The notes under the pieces were generated by a model, which ran no database searches, was not told the origin of the DNA, and was given only the letters and a program-made list of their open reading frames with translations. A stretch of DNA of 64,000 bases from Eutreptiella sp. 'Long Island Sound 2002' (taxonomy: Eukaryota; Protista; Euglenida), in contig OZ038378.1 in assembly GCA_964036045.1 (NCBI GenBank), positions 162,874,001 through 162,938,000 on the forward strand, in the 5' to 3' direction. A program made the position numbers and the translations under genes. Of this stretch, positions 48,135-61,565 are shown piece after piece (the stretch's first letter is position 1; every line of letters starts with the position of its first letter).

Positions 48135-50640
48135 CAAGCCCGACAAAAACACCCGCCACAGGCCATTTTGGCGGGTGGCGGGTTGGTCTATTCAACAGGT
48201 CTGTTGTTTGGTGTTTTTTGGTGTTTTTTGGTGTTTTTTGGATGTTTTTTTGCTACTTGTTGTGCCCATTTGCCCCCAAAGGATTTTTTCCATGGTTTGT
48301 TGGGGGTTGGGGGGTGGGTAGGCTTGGGGGTAGTGGACATCACACCATTGGATGGGTGGATTGTTTTGGTTTTTTCTGGAAATTTGGTTGTTTTTTGGTT
48401 TTTTGGATAGCACAAGATGCTGCAGCAGGCCCATGTTTGGTGTCCTGTTTGTCCTAGTGCACTGAATGTAGTTCCTGGATGGTTGTTTTTATTTCAACCT
48501 GCCTTCTGCACAGTAGCTGTAATTCATATACCAAACCCTCCAGCCCTGCACGACACTACAACAACATGCAATGAACAAATCATTCTTCTCATTCTCCAAA
48601 CACGGTTTACATCAGCGCACTTGCGCATCGATGGCGGCGTCCATTGGGCTGGCTCCAGGCCATGCACCCGTTCTTGATTGCTGTCAGTGCTTAGAAATTA
48701 GGTGGCCACTCGCTCCCCTCCCGCTCTCGCACCTGAGCACTGTCGTGCTCTTGCCCCGGGCAAAAATTTGCCTCCCCCCCCCAACTCCTCGCTATCGCTA
48801 ATAGGTTGCGGGTCAGTTTTGCGTCGCTTCACAACTGGCTGCGGACGATGGTCTTGACAGTCCGCTGATTGAACGTCCACTCCGTCCATGTCTGCAGATT
48901 GATTCTGATCTTCACACAGGTCTGCAGACACACGGAAGAAACAGTCAGAAACCAGTACCAAAACAAGCGAGCAACCCATTCCTCAACGGGAGCGCCCGCC
49001 CGGAGGAGTGCGCGCTTGTATGAAGCCACAATGGCACCGGCGTCCCCGCTCTTCAGATACTCACATCCTAGGTACGAGGTGGTCACCACACCATTCCGGA
49101 CGGTGCGCGTGTACAACAGCTCCTCCTTATGTGCACCCATGTCCGTGCACGAGTCCGATGCCAATCCGAAGAATTGGCTGGCCATGATGGCAACACCCTC
49201 GTCTGCGCGGTATGGGGCAGCAATGGCATGCAGAATGGTGACGGACGCGGTCCGTCCGTGATATGAGGGAGTGATGGAGCCCCCTGTCAAAGTGACAAGC
49301 TCAGCATCCCCGGGAAGATCATTAAGGGCACCATCTCGCTTCGCGATGCGGTACACGACAGCGAAAAGACCGCGTATGCAGGACTGTACTGGGCTAGGAA
49401 GAGCACCGACCACAGAGGATGATGCACCAGCACTATTCCGAAGTGCCAAGGACTTAGCGTGTAATCCACACTTGGTGTGGTCCTTGACAGTTGATAACCG
49501 CAAACATGAATTGCCGTCCACCCATGACTGGCATACACCCTGTTGAGGGTATTCTCGGCACGCTGCACACCACATTAAGCCATTCTCGTGACACAACCAT
49601 GGGCGACCTTCACGCCACTTTGGCTTAAATTTCCGAACTTTAGGCTGTGAAGGCGGTAGTGCAGGCCTTGGAGCAGAGCACACATGGCAAACTGCTTCCA
49701 ACATCACAGCAGTGGAACATCGCTGGTGGACACGTCGCTTGCACTGTTTGCAAGTGCGCATAACGCCGGCTGACGGTGAATCACAGACGCGGCATACACA
49801 ACGTAGGCACTTGCCATGTTGTGTGCAGATCTCATAGGCATCCTTTTGGCACAGCGTGCAACGCACGATTGCACCATGCAACTTCTCGTCACAACAGGCA
49901 CATGGTGCCGAGATGGTAGAGAAGTAGGACGTCAGCGCTGTTGGCCTCAATTGAGCGGGTGCGTCCTCGGGAACCGGTGGCGGTGCTTCCCTAGGGTCTT
50001 TGTCCGTGAATTCCCAGCCGTCACGTGTCTTTCGCTTTTCAGCAGCACGTGTGACTTGCGTACGGTATATCTGTAGTCCGTGCGCTGTTGTGAGGTAATC
50101 CGTAGCTTCAGTAGCACTGGAATACCGCGTCCATTGTCCGCCGGTGGGGCGCAGCCAAATGGGGAGGCTGCGGGGGTTCGACATGGTGTCTATGAGAGAA
50201 AAGAATGAGGGTGGAATGTGTAAGCTAATACCATATTGATTCCTGCTAAAGCTTTACTCCCACTCTCTTCGAACCATGCCATGTCCCGAGCACCTGTAAA
50301 GGTACCTAATGAACCTGAGACAATTGTGTCATACACACCTATCCTATCGGGGTACCTGATGAACCTGTAGGGATCGAAGTGCGTTGCGCAAAACGCGTGC
50401 AGCACGCAAAACGCGTGCAGCAAGTAGATTATGCAAAGACAAAAATTAAAAGATGTGGTATTGGAGTGCCATGAAATGTGGTCACATGTGCTAAAACACA
50501 CCAAAAAACTCCAAAAAACTCCAAAAAACACCAAAAAACACCAGAAAACAATGGAAAACAGAGAAAAACGTGGATTTTGGCCAAAAAACGGCTTTTTTGC
50601 CATATGACAGGTGGCGCGACGGGTAATTAGGGCAGGCCTG
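48135..50640 (-). mobile_element. hAT-superfamily DNA transposon (internal-deletion derivative)
   Basis: Perfect 8-bp TSD GCGTCAAC at 48127-48134 and 50641-50648. Imperfect TIRs CAAGCCCGAC..ACCCGCCAC / CAGGCCTGCC..ACCCGTCGC. Inverted subterminal GTGTTTTTTG / CAAAAAAC(A/T)C arrays. Transposase ORF inside. Confidence 0.9.
48829..50184 (-). pseudogene. Truncated hAT transposase: NUMOD1-like HTH, two Cys-rich fingers (one canonical PHD), ZnF-TTF, first catalytic Asp
   Basis: 451-aa ORF. PHD CRVC-x10-CKQC-x4-H-x2-C-x9-CHVC. TTF-like RKFKPKWREGRPWL...CAAC...HTKCGLH. FFGLASDSCTD (hAT F...DESTD). Similarity stops at RLFWY, just before the expected DGA Asp. Confidence 0.85.
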
Positions 50641-50882
50641 GCGTCAACTCTCCCCAATCATTGACTGCCATTGAAGGAGCACAAACTTTGCTCTCCAAGC
50701 GTTGTTAAAAAAAAGTGTAGCACAAAAGGAGTTGGGGTAGCAATGGAAAGAAGTGGAGAATGAGCATACTCCACAGCCACCCACCTATGGAAATTGTGAC
50801 TTTGCTCCAGTGCTCAGATGAGCCATCCTTATATACTGCCCACCACACTGACGCTTCATACGTGCACACTGCATTTTCGAGA

Positions 50883-51377
50883 CTGTACTGTACTGTACTG
50901 TACTGTACTGTACTGTACTGTACTGTACTGTACTGCACTGTACGGTACTATACTGTACTGTACGGTACTGTACGGTACTGTACGGTACTGTACTGTGCTG
51001 TGCTGTGCTGTGCTGTGCTGTGCTGTGCTGTGCTGTGCTGTGCTGTGCTGTGCTGTGCTGTGCTGTACGGTACGGTACGGTACGGCGCTGTAGGGTATGG
51101 TACGGTACTGTACGGTACTATACGGTACTGTACAGTACGGTACTGTGCTGTACTGTACTGTGCTGTGCTGCGCTGCGCTGCGCTGTGCTGTACTGTACTG
51201 TACGGTACGGTACTGTACGGTACGGTACGGTACGGTACGGTACGGTACTGTACGGTACGGTACGGTACGGTACTGTACGGTACAGTAAGGTACGGTACGG
51301 TACGGTACGGTGCGGTACTGTACTGTACGGTACTGTACGGTACAGTAAGGTACGGTACGGTACTGTACTGTACTGTG
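50883..51377. repeat. Compound pentanucleotide microsatellite (CTGTA / CTGTG / CGGTA)
   Basis: Blocks of related 5-mers kept in register. Confidence 0.95.
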
Positions 51378-54220
51378 CCTCATGGACATCCCCCACAGAC
51401 GGAATGTCAAATGTGCAGATACCCAAGGAGTTGAGGATGCCAGGGAGTGTTGTTCTTTGCTGTTGCAGCTCTGTATTGCAGTCAACGCTCCTGCAAAGCA
51501 ATGGACAATCACATACTGAGCCAAGTGCTTCAAAGTATAAATCTTGCATCCGGACAAGTTAACAGAGTCCAATGCCTGCAGAGTAAGGGCATGCAATCAT
51601 ACAGTGTGGGTGACTAGTCGAGATCCAGCTGGTGGACAGTCCAGAGTATTACCACATCCACTGTATTGTATTGCAATGCAGGTTGAGATGGTAAAACCTA
51701 CTCAAGAGACTGTTGAGAGGCTGATTATGGAAGTTTGACTCTGAAAATTTACCAAACCCCCTCTGACAGATAATGAGAACGGCGTTCACCAATTGTGCTC
51801 CTGAGCCCGGGTGTGCAGATGAGGAGTACTGCTGCAGGGCAGAATTATGAGCTTGGTGCAGCTGCCACACCTCAACACCCAAACCTTTGCAGGACCAGCT
51901 GGCACAACACTCAAGTAGCTTGCATGGGTCGGCGCTCGCCTGGGCACTGTCGGTCACAATCCAACCACACCTGTACCACATGTACAGGCAACCCATTTGA
52001 GTTTCTGTTCAAAATAACGATGCATCTGAGCCAGAATGTGCATCCTGGACATTCTTATCACTGCTGACTCATTAGGCACTGTGCGTGCACTGCGCTCCTG
52101 TTAAGCCATACAGTCCCAGAAAACATTCACAGGAACTCTCTTCCAACTATGTCCCCAAACCAGCCTATGAGGAATCCAATTGTGCCCAACAGTTCCCTAT
52201 CTTCCCAGAAGCTGAAGGAACAACATGGACAACATAGGAAGCATTTTGTGTGCATCACTGTTGCTGAAGTGTACATAACATTGTCAAGAGTTCGCAAATG
52301 TTTCTAAGAATGGGTTGTGGATTATTCAACCATGATGACCTTGTCACACACCTTGTCACACAATCCATACAATATGATCCTTCACATTTGGTACACATGG
52401 AGGATTCCCTAAGGTTAGTCTGGTTGCAACACAATACACAGACAAATGGGGACATTGGGTGCCCATGAAGGGGTGCAAGATTGCTGCATAACCCTTGCCC
52501 TCTTGGGGCCACACCACAAAGGAGTGTGGATTGTGCCTACACAACCATCCAACTTTCAGAGGGCAAAACCATTTGACATCATCGGGGCAAATATCTTTGA
52601 GTGGTGGTGGATAATCACATTACCACTACATGGTGCACACTACAAGACCTTGCTTCCACCATACAGCCAAATGGTTGTGTTGCGTGTGCAACACAGCACA
52701 TGCAACACTCAAAGTGCCCCCATGTTTATGAGATTTTGACCATATAGTTGATCAAGCACTAGTTGACTGGCTGTTTTGCAGCTGCCCTTGGTTCATTTTT
52801 GTGCCACATGCTGATGTTGCTTGATGTCTCATTGACTCACATCTGCCATTGTCCTTTTCCTTGGAACATAACTGCAGAGGTTAAATGGGCTTGGTTGGCT
52901 TGGTTTTAGCCAACAACTCCCTCAAATAATTGCACATGAAGGAAGCCGGCACAGTGCTGTAGGGGACCAAGGAACAGGCTAGCATGAAAAAAACACCTGC
53001 TCTACTGAGCAGAGATGGACATACTCAACATACTAGAAGCAAGAGGATAAAGGACACTACGTAGCACCAAGTTCCCGCAAATCCCAAAGAAATCTGGGCA
53101 TGGGCAGGTTCTCCATGTGCATGTGTCACCACAGCCACCAATGTGGCAAACCAGTGCAGCACACCAAGTGCACACCAAGCCTCCTAGCAAGATGAGGGCC
53201 TTGTGTGCTATTGATGTGTTAGCAGTAGATACAACACATTGGGTTCCAAGGTTCCATACAATAACCCATTATGGAGACCAATCTAATCTTCCTCCTAATG
53301 GGTTGCCAGAAATGCATATGTGGACAACCTACAGCTTATTCACATCTGCTCATGTGTTTGTTGCTCCTTGCGCAAGGTCATGCATTTAGGGTTCCGAGAC
53401 CACAACAACAAGCTTTCCAAAAAGAACAACCTACAGCATGCATATTGCTTCTGATCCTTATCGTTGGCTTTGTTTCTGCAACTACCATTGAAATTATTAT
53501 GCCTTCAACACTCCAGGTTCAGGGTTGGTTAGGTTCAACACTCAATTGTTATATTTATTTCCTCAAGGCAATGTTGCTCATATCTCTCTTGCTTTCTCTT
53601 GTTGTATTTTTTTTCTGGTGAGCAATGCCTAATACTTCACCGATGGGCTGCTTGCTGCCTTGGTTTGCCACTAAATAGTTTAGTTTTGGAAAAGGATTGA
53701 CGCTTTCCTGGCTGTTGCCCTCAACACCCAGTTCTAAGCTAGGTGTGCACCTGCTTGATCCAGGCTGTGTGGGCATTCCCCGAGTTGGGAATGCTATGGT
53801 TTCTCTGATGCAATCTTTGCAGTGGGGTAGTGCTCGCAACATTGTGGGTAAAACTTACAACTGTCATTGTTCTTTTTGTGATGGAATGTCGCGGCACGTG
53901 TTCTGTGTCTGTCTGGGCACCAAGCCTTTCCCTGCTTGAGGAACCTCTCCTGAAGATGGAAAAAGCTCAGGTGGGGCCTCACATTTCTGGAAATGTACCT
54001 CACAACTCTACTTGTGTAGCTGTCTCTGCTTCCCCATCCATACCATCCTCCTGGTTCCCCAGAGTTAGCCCTCCATATCTGTAGCACCTCTTCACAGGGC
54101 ATCTTGCTGATGATCTTGCCTGCAGCATCCACCATCACGTGCACTACCGTGATTGCGCATTGCCATCCCCGGAGAATCGTATCGTGTCACCTGGCAGTGT
54201 GCCTGGCGCACCAAAGCCGG

Positions 54221-54390
54221 CAAAGCCAATTCCAACCTCTGGTACAACTGGCTTAGCTGTGCCCATTAAGCCCTTGAGGGTGAAAAAATGCTTCAGTGGC
54301 TCCCACCAAAGCCAATTCCAACCTCTGGTACTACCGGCTTAGCTCTGCCCATTAAGCCGTTGAAGATGAAGAAGTGCTTCAGCGGCTCTG
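54221..54390. repeat. 86-bp tandem duplication
   Basis: CAAAGCCAATTCCAACCTCTGGTAC starts at 54221 and 54307. Confidence 0.85.
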
Positions 54391-57300
54391 GCACTCGATG
54401 CCCAAATGAGGTGAAAAATACAGAAAGAGCGCCCCAAACCTTATTTGCATGGGGGAAAAAAGGTTTTAGAAATTTTATTTTAGAGCTGTTGAGGGTGAAA
54501 AAATGCTTGGGTAGTTTTCACAGCTATTTTTAGCGCTGGTGGCAAGATTGGGGACCATGTGATGCCCTCTAGAGTGGTTGGGATGTTGGGACAATACACA
54601 AATGGTAGGTGCAGAAGGATGTGTTTTGCCTCTAGCCCTGCCCAGGGCTGGCCATGATCACGAGAAAGCGATCAAACAATCCTTAGGCGTAGAGGGGGCA
54701 TGGAACACAGTTCACTAGGTAGGCGGCCCAGGACAGTCTTTTGGCAATCCCACATTCAACACTGCTTTGCCCCTCCTGAGTGCCATCACAGTGGGGGCCG
54801 TGGACACCCAACTCACAACCCAGTGTCCAACACCTCTGTTCTTCTCTCCTTTTCCACTTCCCGGCCTCTAATGCCGCCCTGCTTCATCTCCTGCAACTGC
54901 CACCCCCTCAGCCGTATTCCTCACTGCTTCTGCTGTGGTGACATCAAGGACACTTAGTCCACCCCCCTCCCTCTAGATGGCAAGAATGTGATGATATGGA
55001 ATAGATTGAACCAGCACATGGCAATGCCCAATACACACAGACTCATGACAGAAAAATAGAGTCTGGAACTGTAGCACAATGGAAGACAAAAAACAGGGAA
55101 ACAAGGTGGATTGCCAGTTTGCTCTGTGTCCCAGTCCTCTAATATTCACGAGGCATTACAATCTGCATACCAGATCCTTGTGCCAGGGACCCTATTCTTC
55201 TCCAGCACCATTTCCAGAAATTGCACTGCACTCTGCAACTCCATTTGGCTGTTGCTCTGCTCCTCCAAAAATCACTCGTCTGCATCCTGAGTGGGCATCC
55301 CCTCACCACCACCAGTAGGGATACCAAATTAGTGACACGACAAGCAGTGTGTTTTGTGGTGGACACCAATTTTTTTCCATTCTCTACTGTTGGTGGGCCC
55401 ACAGCCCCTGCCAGTTGGTCCCAAGCTCATATGGGCTGTTGCCCAGGTGAAACAAGGCTAAAGGCTGTTGCCTCCCGTCCCTCCGGTAAATCTCCTCTGC
55501 CACACCCAACATCACCTCAGAGGGGTCCCACTGGGCTCTCGAAAACCTTGGCTGGTGGAGGATTTGAACTCAGCTTTTCCAACTGAATGGGATCCCAGCA
55601 ACTGCCCTCCCTCACGCTGGCAATTCTGCAAATCTCAGACCTGTAGCATCACAAGAGACCCCACTCAGACTTGGAGTTAGTGTGACTTGCGATGTGAAGC
55701 AAAAGGTAGCCTGCGCGAACTCCGCTTGCTCGCCTCAGCTCCAGTTGCTCCATTTTCTGGTTTCAAAATTGTATTTGCCCGAATGCTATGGGTCGTCAAA
55801 AACTCCACGTTCATTGAGACACACACTTTTTGTTTTTGGGATGCCCACAGGATGCACACTTTGAAGAGATGGGAGACACATGGGATACACACAGTAGCAA
55901 GCAGACATTGATGTCTGTGGAAAAAGAGGTACTGCCTTACAGGTACCCACAAGTGGGATACATACTAACTCTATATGTGACCCCACTTCAGTACAAGAGC
56001 CAGCGAGCGCCATAGGCAAAAGAAGAAAGATAAAAATGCGGGGGCAAAGCATCAGACTGCTGTTGAAAAACTTGTGATGGCTGAGCTGTGTAGCATACTT
56101 TCCCTTTGTTGAAGCCAATCAATCACATTCCATTCAGCTCTGATGGCAGTCTGTCACATTAACTCCTTTATCCAAGACCATCTCTCGGCCTTCGAATCCT
56201 GCTTGGTGAACATCGGTTGCCACCTGTGGCGTGCGGCTCGTTTTCTGCTCAGTAGTTTAGTTTTTCAGGGGGGAGGGCAGGCATGGTGTACAGGTCTGCA
56301 AGTGCAGGATGTGTGGCGTTCGACAGCACAAATACACAGAGGGCAGCATGATGCACAAAACTCGAATGCAGCGCACAGAAATAATTTGGACAACACGGAT
56401 GGTGCGATGGCAAAGACTTGCTGCGACACGAAATCTATGCACAACACAAAAAAGCCATTGAAAAGCAAACTACAGGGTAAGTGATCTGCACAATGAGGGG
56501 CATGAGGTTGCCGGGCAAATTTCCCTAATAAATTAGAGAGGCTTAACCACCTATGGTGGCCACCCCAGATCTCTGCAGGTCAAAGATCCACGGTATCAGA
56601 TACCTACACCGCGCTGCGTGCTGTGCTGCAAATCGGACGGGTCCTGACAAGGCCGCAATATGCCTTCAATCATGACTTCTATTTGTAAACACACTCACAC
56701 CCCCGGCCACGATTCTAAAATAACTGACTTGTGGATCCCATGTAATATGCCCTTGCCAACGAGGTGTAAAAGATGAAATTGGAAGGATGGGATTTTGGGG
56801 GTCAACATGCTGCTGAGGGATGTAACACGCGCTAATTATGTGGCCGTCTGAAGAAAAGGCTGCACTGCAAGCCACCTTATACAGCAGGTACCTTATACAA
56901 CAGTAAGACTTCAGCCCCAACTCCCCACCAACACCAACACACATTGTTGTGTTGGACTTCGCTGCGTCAGTCCACCTGCAAATGAAATTAATTAGCAGCC
57001 GACTGCCATTGGTTGACCGTCACCTGCCTTTGCCAAACTGCCAATGAATTGACAACCACCGTCCATGGAACACCGTCCATGGAACAGCTTCACCCTTCAG
57101 GCATGCACCCTGTGTTTTTGCGGCGTGATCGTTCAGTCTCCGTAGCAGGCACTATCATGGGTCAAACAGCCTGAATCCCCCCTCGCTGCAAGGTCATGCG
57201 ATGCGTTGGGTTATTCGGTGGGAGGGCCAGTAATCAGGTTAGGTTAGGTTAGGGAGAAGATTCGCTTGCGATTGCGCTGCATAATTGTGCTTAGGGGACA

Positions 57301-57544
57301 CATTCCATGGGGAAATGGATCTTGCATGATCGATGAGCTCACAGAAAATTTGAATGGGGCATTTCCCACAGAAAGCTCCTACGCCCGCCCGCAAGTGCAG
57401 CCCTCCCCTCACACAGGCACAAACATAGAGACACGTGTTGTTGTCGTCGTTTACAAAGAGACAAAAAGAGCAACACAGACACAGAGACTCAGACAGACAG
57501 ACGGAGAGCACTGAGGGACCAGACACACATGTGTGCCCTGCGCA

Positions 57545-58100
<556 letters not shown>

Positions 58101-60659
58101 CGCACATATGGGCAAGCAGCAACCAAGCGGTTGTCTAGATGCACTGGGCCAGTGTTCACCTCGTCAGTTCGCGAACAAAAAAATGTACACACTTACATGG
58201 AAACCTACATGTACCAAAGACGAAGTGTACCCAAATGGCCATTTGCGCACACGCAACACAGATACACAGCAAAAACCGCAAGATGCGACAAACCCTAGAC
58301 CAGGCACGCACGCATACTGAACACATCTTTCCAAACATATCCACAGAGTCTGCAAGCTGCTGGGCAAGGTTTAGCACTCTAAAACATTCAAATACTAGAA
58401 GAATAACAGGTAGTAACCAAAATCCGGTAAGAAACCCTTGCGAACCTCGTTTTCTGGACAACTGTTGCCTGGGTTGGTAGTTGCAACCTTCAATAAAGAT
58501 GCCTGCCAAATTAGACCAGTCTGGGCCTGGAGCACAGTACCCCAAGCCCAAAGCTGAGCAGGCCACCTTGGTAAACTTGGTCCAGGTGACAGGTTGTGCC
58601 ATCAAACCGACCTCCACTGACAGTCGTGACATCAAAGCGAGTCTTGACATCAGAATTTACAATTCTATTGACAACAATCTATTGAGGGGCCAATTTTGTG
58701 CTGGACAATGATGTACATTCACTTTTTAGGGTCAAAATTGGTGTTGCTGCATGGTTTGCGCACTGTATACAATCCTACCAGAAATCGTCCAACTTGGTAT
58801 ACCCCAAAACTGCAGGCCTTGCTTTTCCTCTTGCATGCTGTTTCTCAGGCGGCGATTACCACAATGCGCCACCATTGCATCAGTCATGAAAATCTAGCAC
58901 TGGAGACACATTATCTCTATTTCGGGACCGTACATGATCCAATCCCCATATCCCTACCCATCCTCCTTCCAGGGCACCTGCCTTTTAGCGAGCCAGAGCG
59001 GGACAATATAATCTAATGCATACCACACACGGGTTTGCTGGTAATCAGAAGGCCTTTTGATTCGGGAGAAAACAGGGGCCATTCAGCACCCAGCCGACGT
59101 TTTAGGTACAGGGACAGAACATACTCCTCTGAAATTCATCAGCCTAGAGGGCAAGCAAGGGCACCGGCTGGCCAAACGGTATATAATGCAACACACAGCA
59201 GCTTGCAAGAAAGAACTGTTGAGGACAAGCACGCACAATGCTGTACCAAAATGGCCACAGCTTCCGGGCACATGTCACCACTGTTGTCGAGCAGAAGGTC
59301 ACAGCTTCAACGAGGAGGATGCCACGACCCGGGCACTGAATTGTTGACCTGCACAAAAATGTGTGCCACATGAACACCTTCAATATGAGAAATCACTTGA
59401 AACCTCCCGGTCAGACTGCAACTGATGGTTTCGTGCTTGTTGCTCATGATTTAACAGTGGTCCCTTGCGTCTGTGCTGCTTTTGTGCCCACAGAGAAAGG
59501 CCCCCTGAAGAGGACACCTGGGCAGGGGATTGCCCTGGCATCCTGCAAATCCCGCACAGAGCATGGAGGTCACATAAAAAAAAAACCCATATGAGTTACA
59601 CCAAAACGTTGTGCGCGACTTACACTTTTTTGGAGGTGCAACTTACAGGAAAAAAAACAAAGCACACAACCAGCGCTTTTTTTTTGTACGCAATCTTGAT
59701 TTTCTTGTGTGGGGTTGCAGGGCCCTCCACACTCCTAAAAGCACGCTCAAAACAAAAAAGCGCAAGTTGCATGGTTTTGTTTTGCTCTAAGTCATGTATG
59801 TACACCATACATGACACTATTATCTTTTTTTGCCCTTTTGTGCGACTTTTTGGGGGGGTGAACTGTATGCAACTTACTGCAAAAAAAAAAAACATACACG
59901 CAGTATGCAACATACCTCGCACGCAGAGCATGGAGAGCCCCACGTCAAGCTTGGGGGGCTCTACAAAACATGGAGGGCCCTGCTACCCCAACACACCGCA
60001 TGGAGGGTTTCTACCACCAACAATTCTATTGCCTTTGGCAAGGCAACTCAAAGAGAGACAAGTGACTTTGTGGGGAAGTGGTGCACTATTGGCTGAGGAA
60101 ATTCTGCCCAAAACGGCACTTTTTAGGGCAAATAAGCACCCCTAGGAGGGCCTACTTGGTGCTACATGAATTTATACATATCCCCCCTATCACCAAATGA
60201 TCACTCAACAACAGCCCAAGAGAATGCTTGCCACAGAAACTTGGCGTATTGCACACTATTGAGGAAACAAACCAAATATAACCAATTAACAGTGCACATT
60301 GATCTCTTGGCACCATCACCCCATCAATGTGAAGACTACGGCCCCAGCTCAATGTGCAAAAGCATGGATGGGACCCACCTCCCCGTTCTACTGTAGTTAA
60401 GGAGGAGGGGCGTTACTCCCTCGGTGAAGTCTGCGGCGGCTGCATTTGGTGAGGTTTAGTTTTGGGCACATGCCGTTTGGATTTGGGAACTGTGTTGGCA
60501 ATGGAATATTTTGCCACCAAGAGGAGCCGCCCCTTTCACCACTTAGAAAAAAAAAACATGCAAGAACAACCTCAATACAAGTCACGTGGGCTTCAGTTTT
60601 TAGGTCAACAATGCACAAATTGCAATATTCCACAATCAAGCAGGCTGTCATTGTTTAGG

Positions 60660-61325
60660 GGATCCATATAGAAGAAGAAAGTGGAATCGGACCTGGGTTT
60701 GAATCGACGCACAGTGGCGGCTGTACGCCAACCAAGTGTTGGCCACCATGCTGCAAATGGGCCCAAAATAGCACTTTCAAGTCCAACAAGCACCACGAGG
60801 AGGGCCCAGTTTGTGCTACATGGCTCCCCATGGGTTTATATGCACTCCCACTGCCACCAAATGATCACCCATCAATGGCCCAAGGGTCCACGGGGGTTGT
60901 CAGAGAACACCCAGAAATCACGATTTTTGAGCCAACCCTTGCCGGCCTGAAAACGTCCACCGGTGGGGGCCCAAGGGGGCCGATCTTGGAAAATTGGAGA
61001 GAGCACTCAGGACCCCGTCATTGGTTAGGGGATCCACATCGAAGAAGAAAGTGGAATAAGACCTGGGTCCAAATTGACGCACACTGGCCGCTGTAGGCCA
61101 ACCAAATTATGAACGCCCACCCCCCACCCCTAAAAAGTGGTGCCTAGGTACAAGGGGGCAGAGGAGTCAAGATCCAAAAAATTCATAAGGGGATAATTTT
61201 GTGGCCCAAAAAATGATAATTTTACAGGGGGCCAGACATTGGATACCACCCAGTGGGGTATGCTACGCAAATGGCCGAAAAACGGTTGGTATCTGGCGCC
61301 CACACCTCCGCTTGATCTAACAACC
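60660..61325. repeat. Diverged family A copy (P/Q/T blocks)
   Basis: CCAAATGATCACCCA..., AATGATAATTTTACAGGGGG...GCTTGATCTAACAACC. Confidence 0.65.
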
Positions 61326-61565
61326 TTTGCACCCTGTGGCTCTGAGCTCACAGTGCGCAACTTTCCTGCCCCATGACAGATGGAACTCCTCTAACCCCTC
61401 CCCACAGCCCTGACAACATTATTTTCTCCTGCGCCTGCTTAACTCCATTGCCGAGGCTCCAAGGTCAACAGAGTGTCGGTGCATCATCAACTGCCATCGG
61501 ACAGCTGCCAACGACCCTCTCACCGGTGGTGACAAGCAGCACTCATCCACACAGGTAATCCTTAC

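Noticed and set aside
53794-54144. Reverse-transcriptase-like phrases (VDAAGKIISKM, SGEVPQAGK)
   Set aside because: Motifs are in inconsistent order and frames; not supportable without a profile search.
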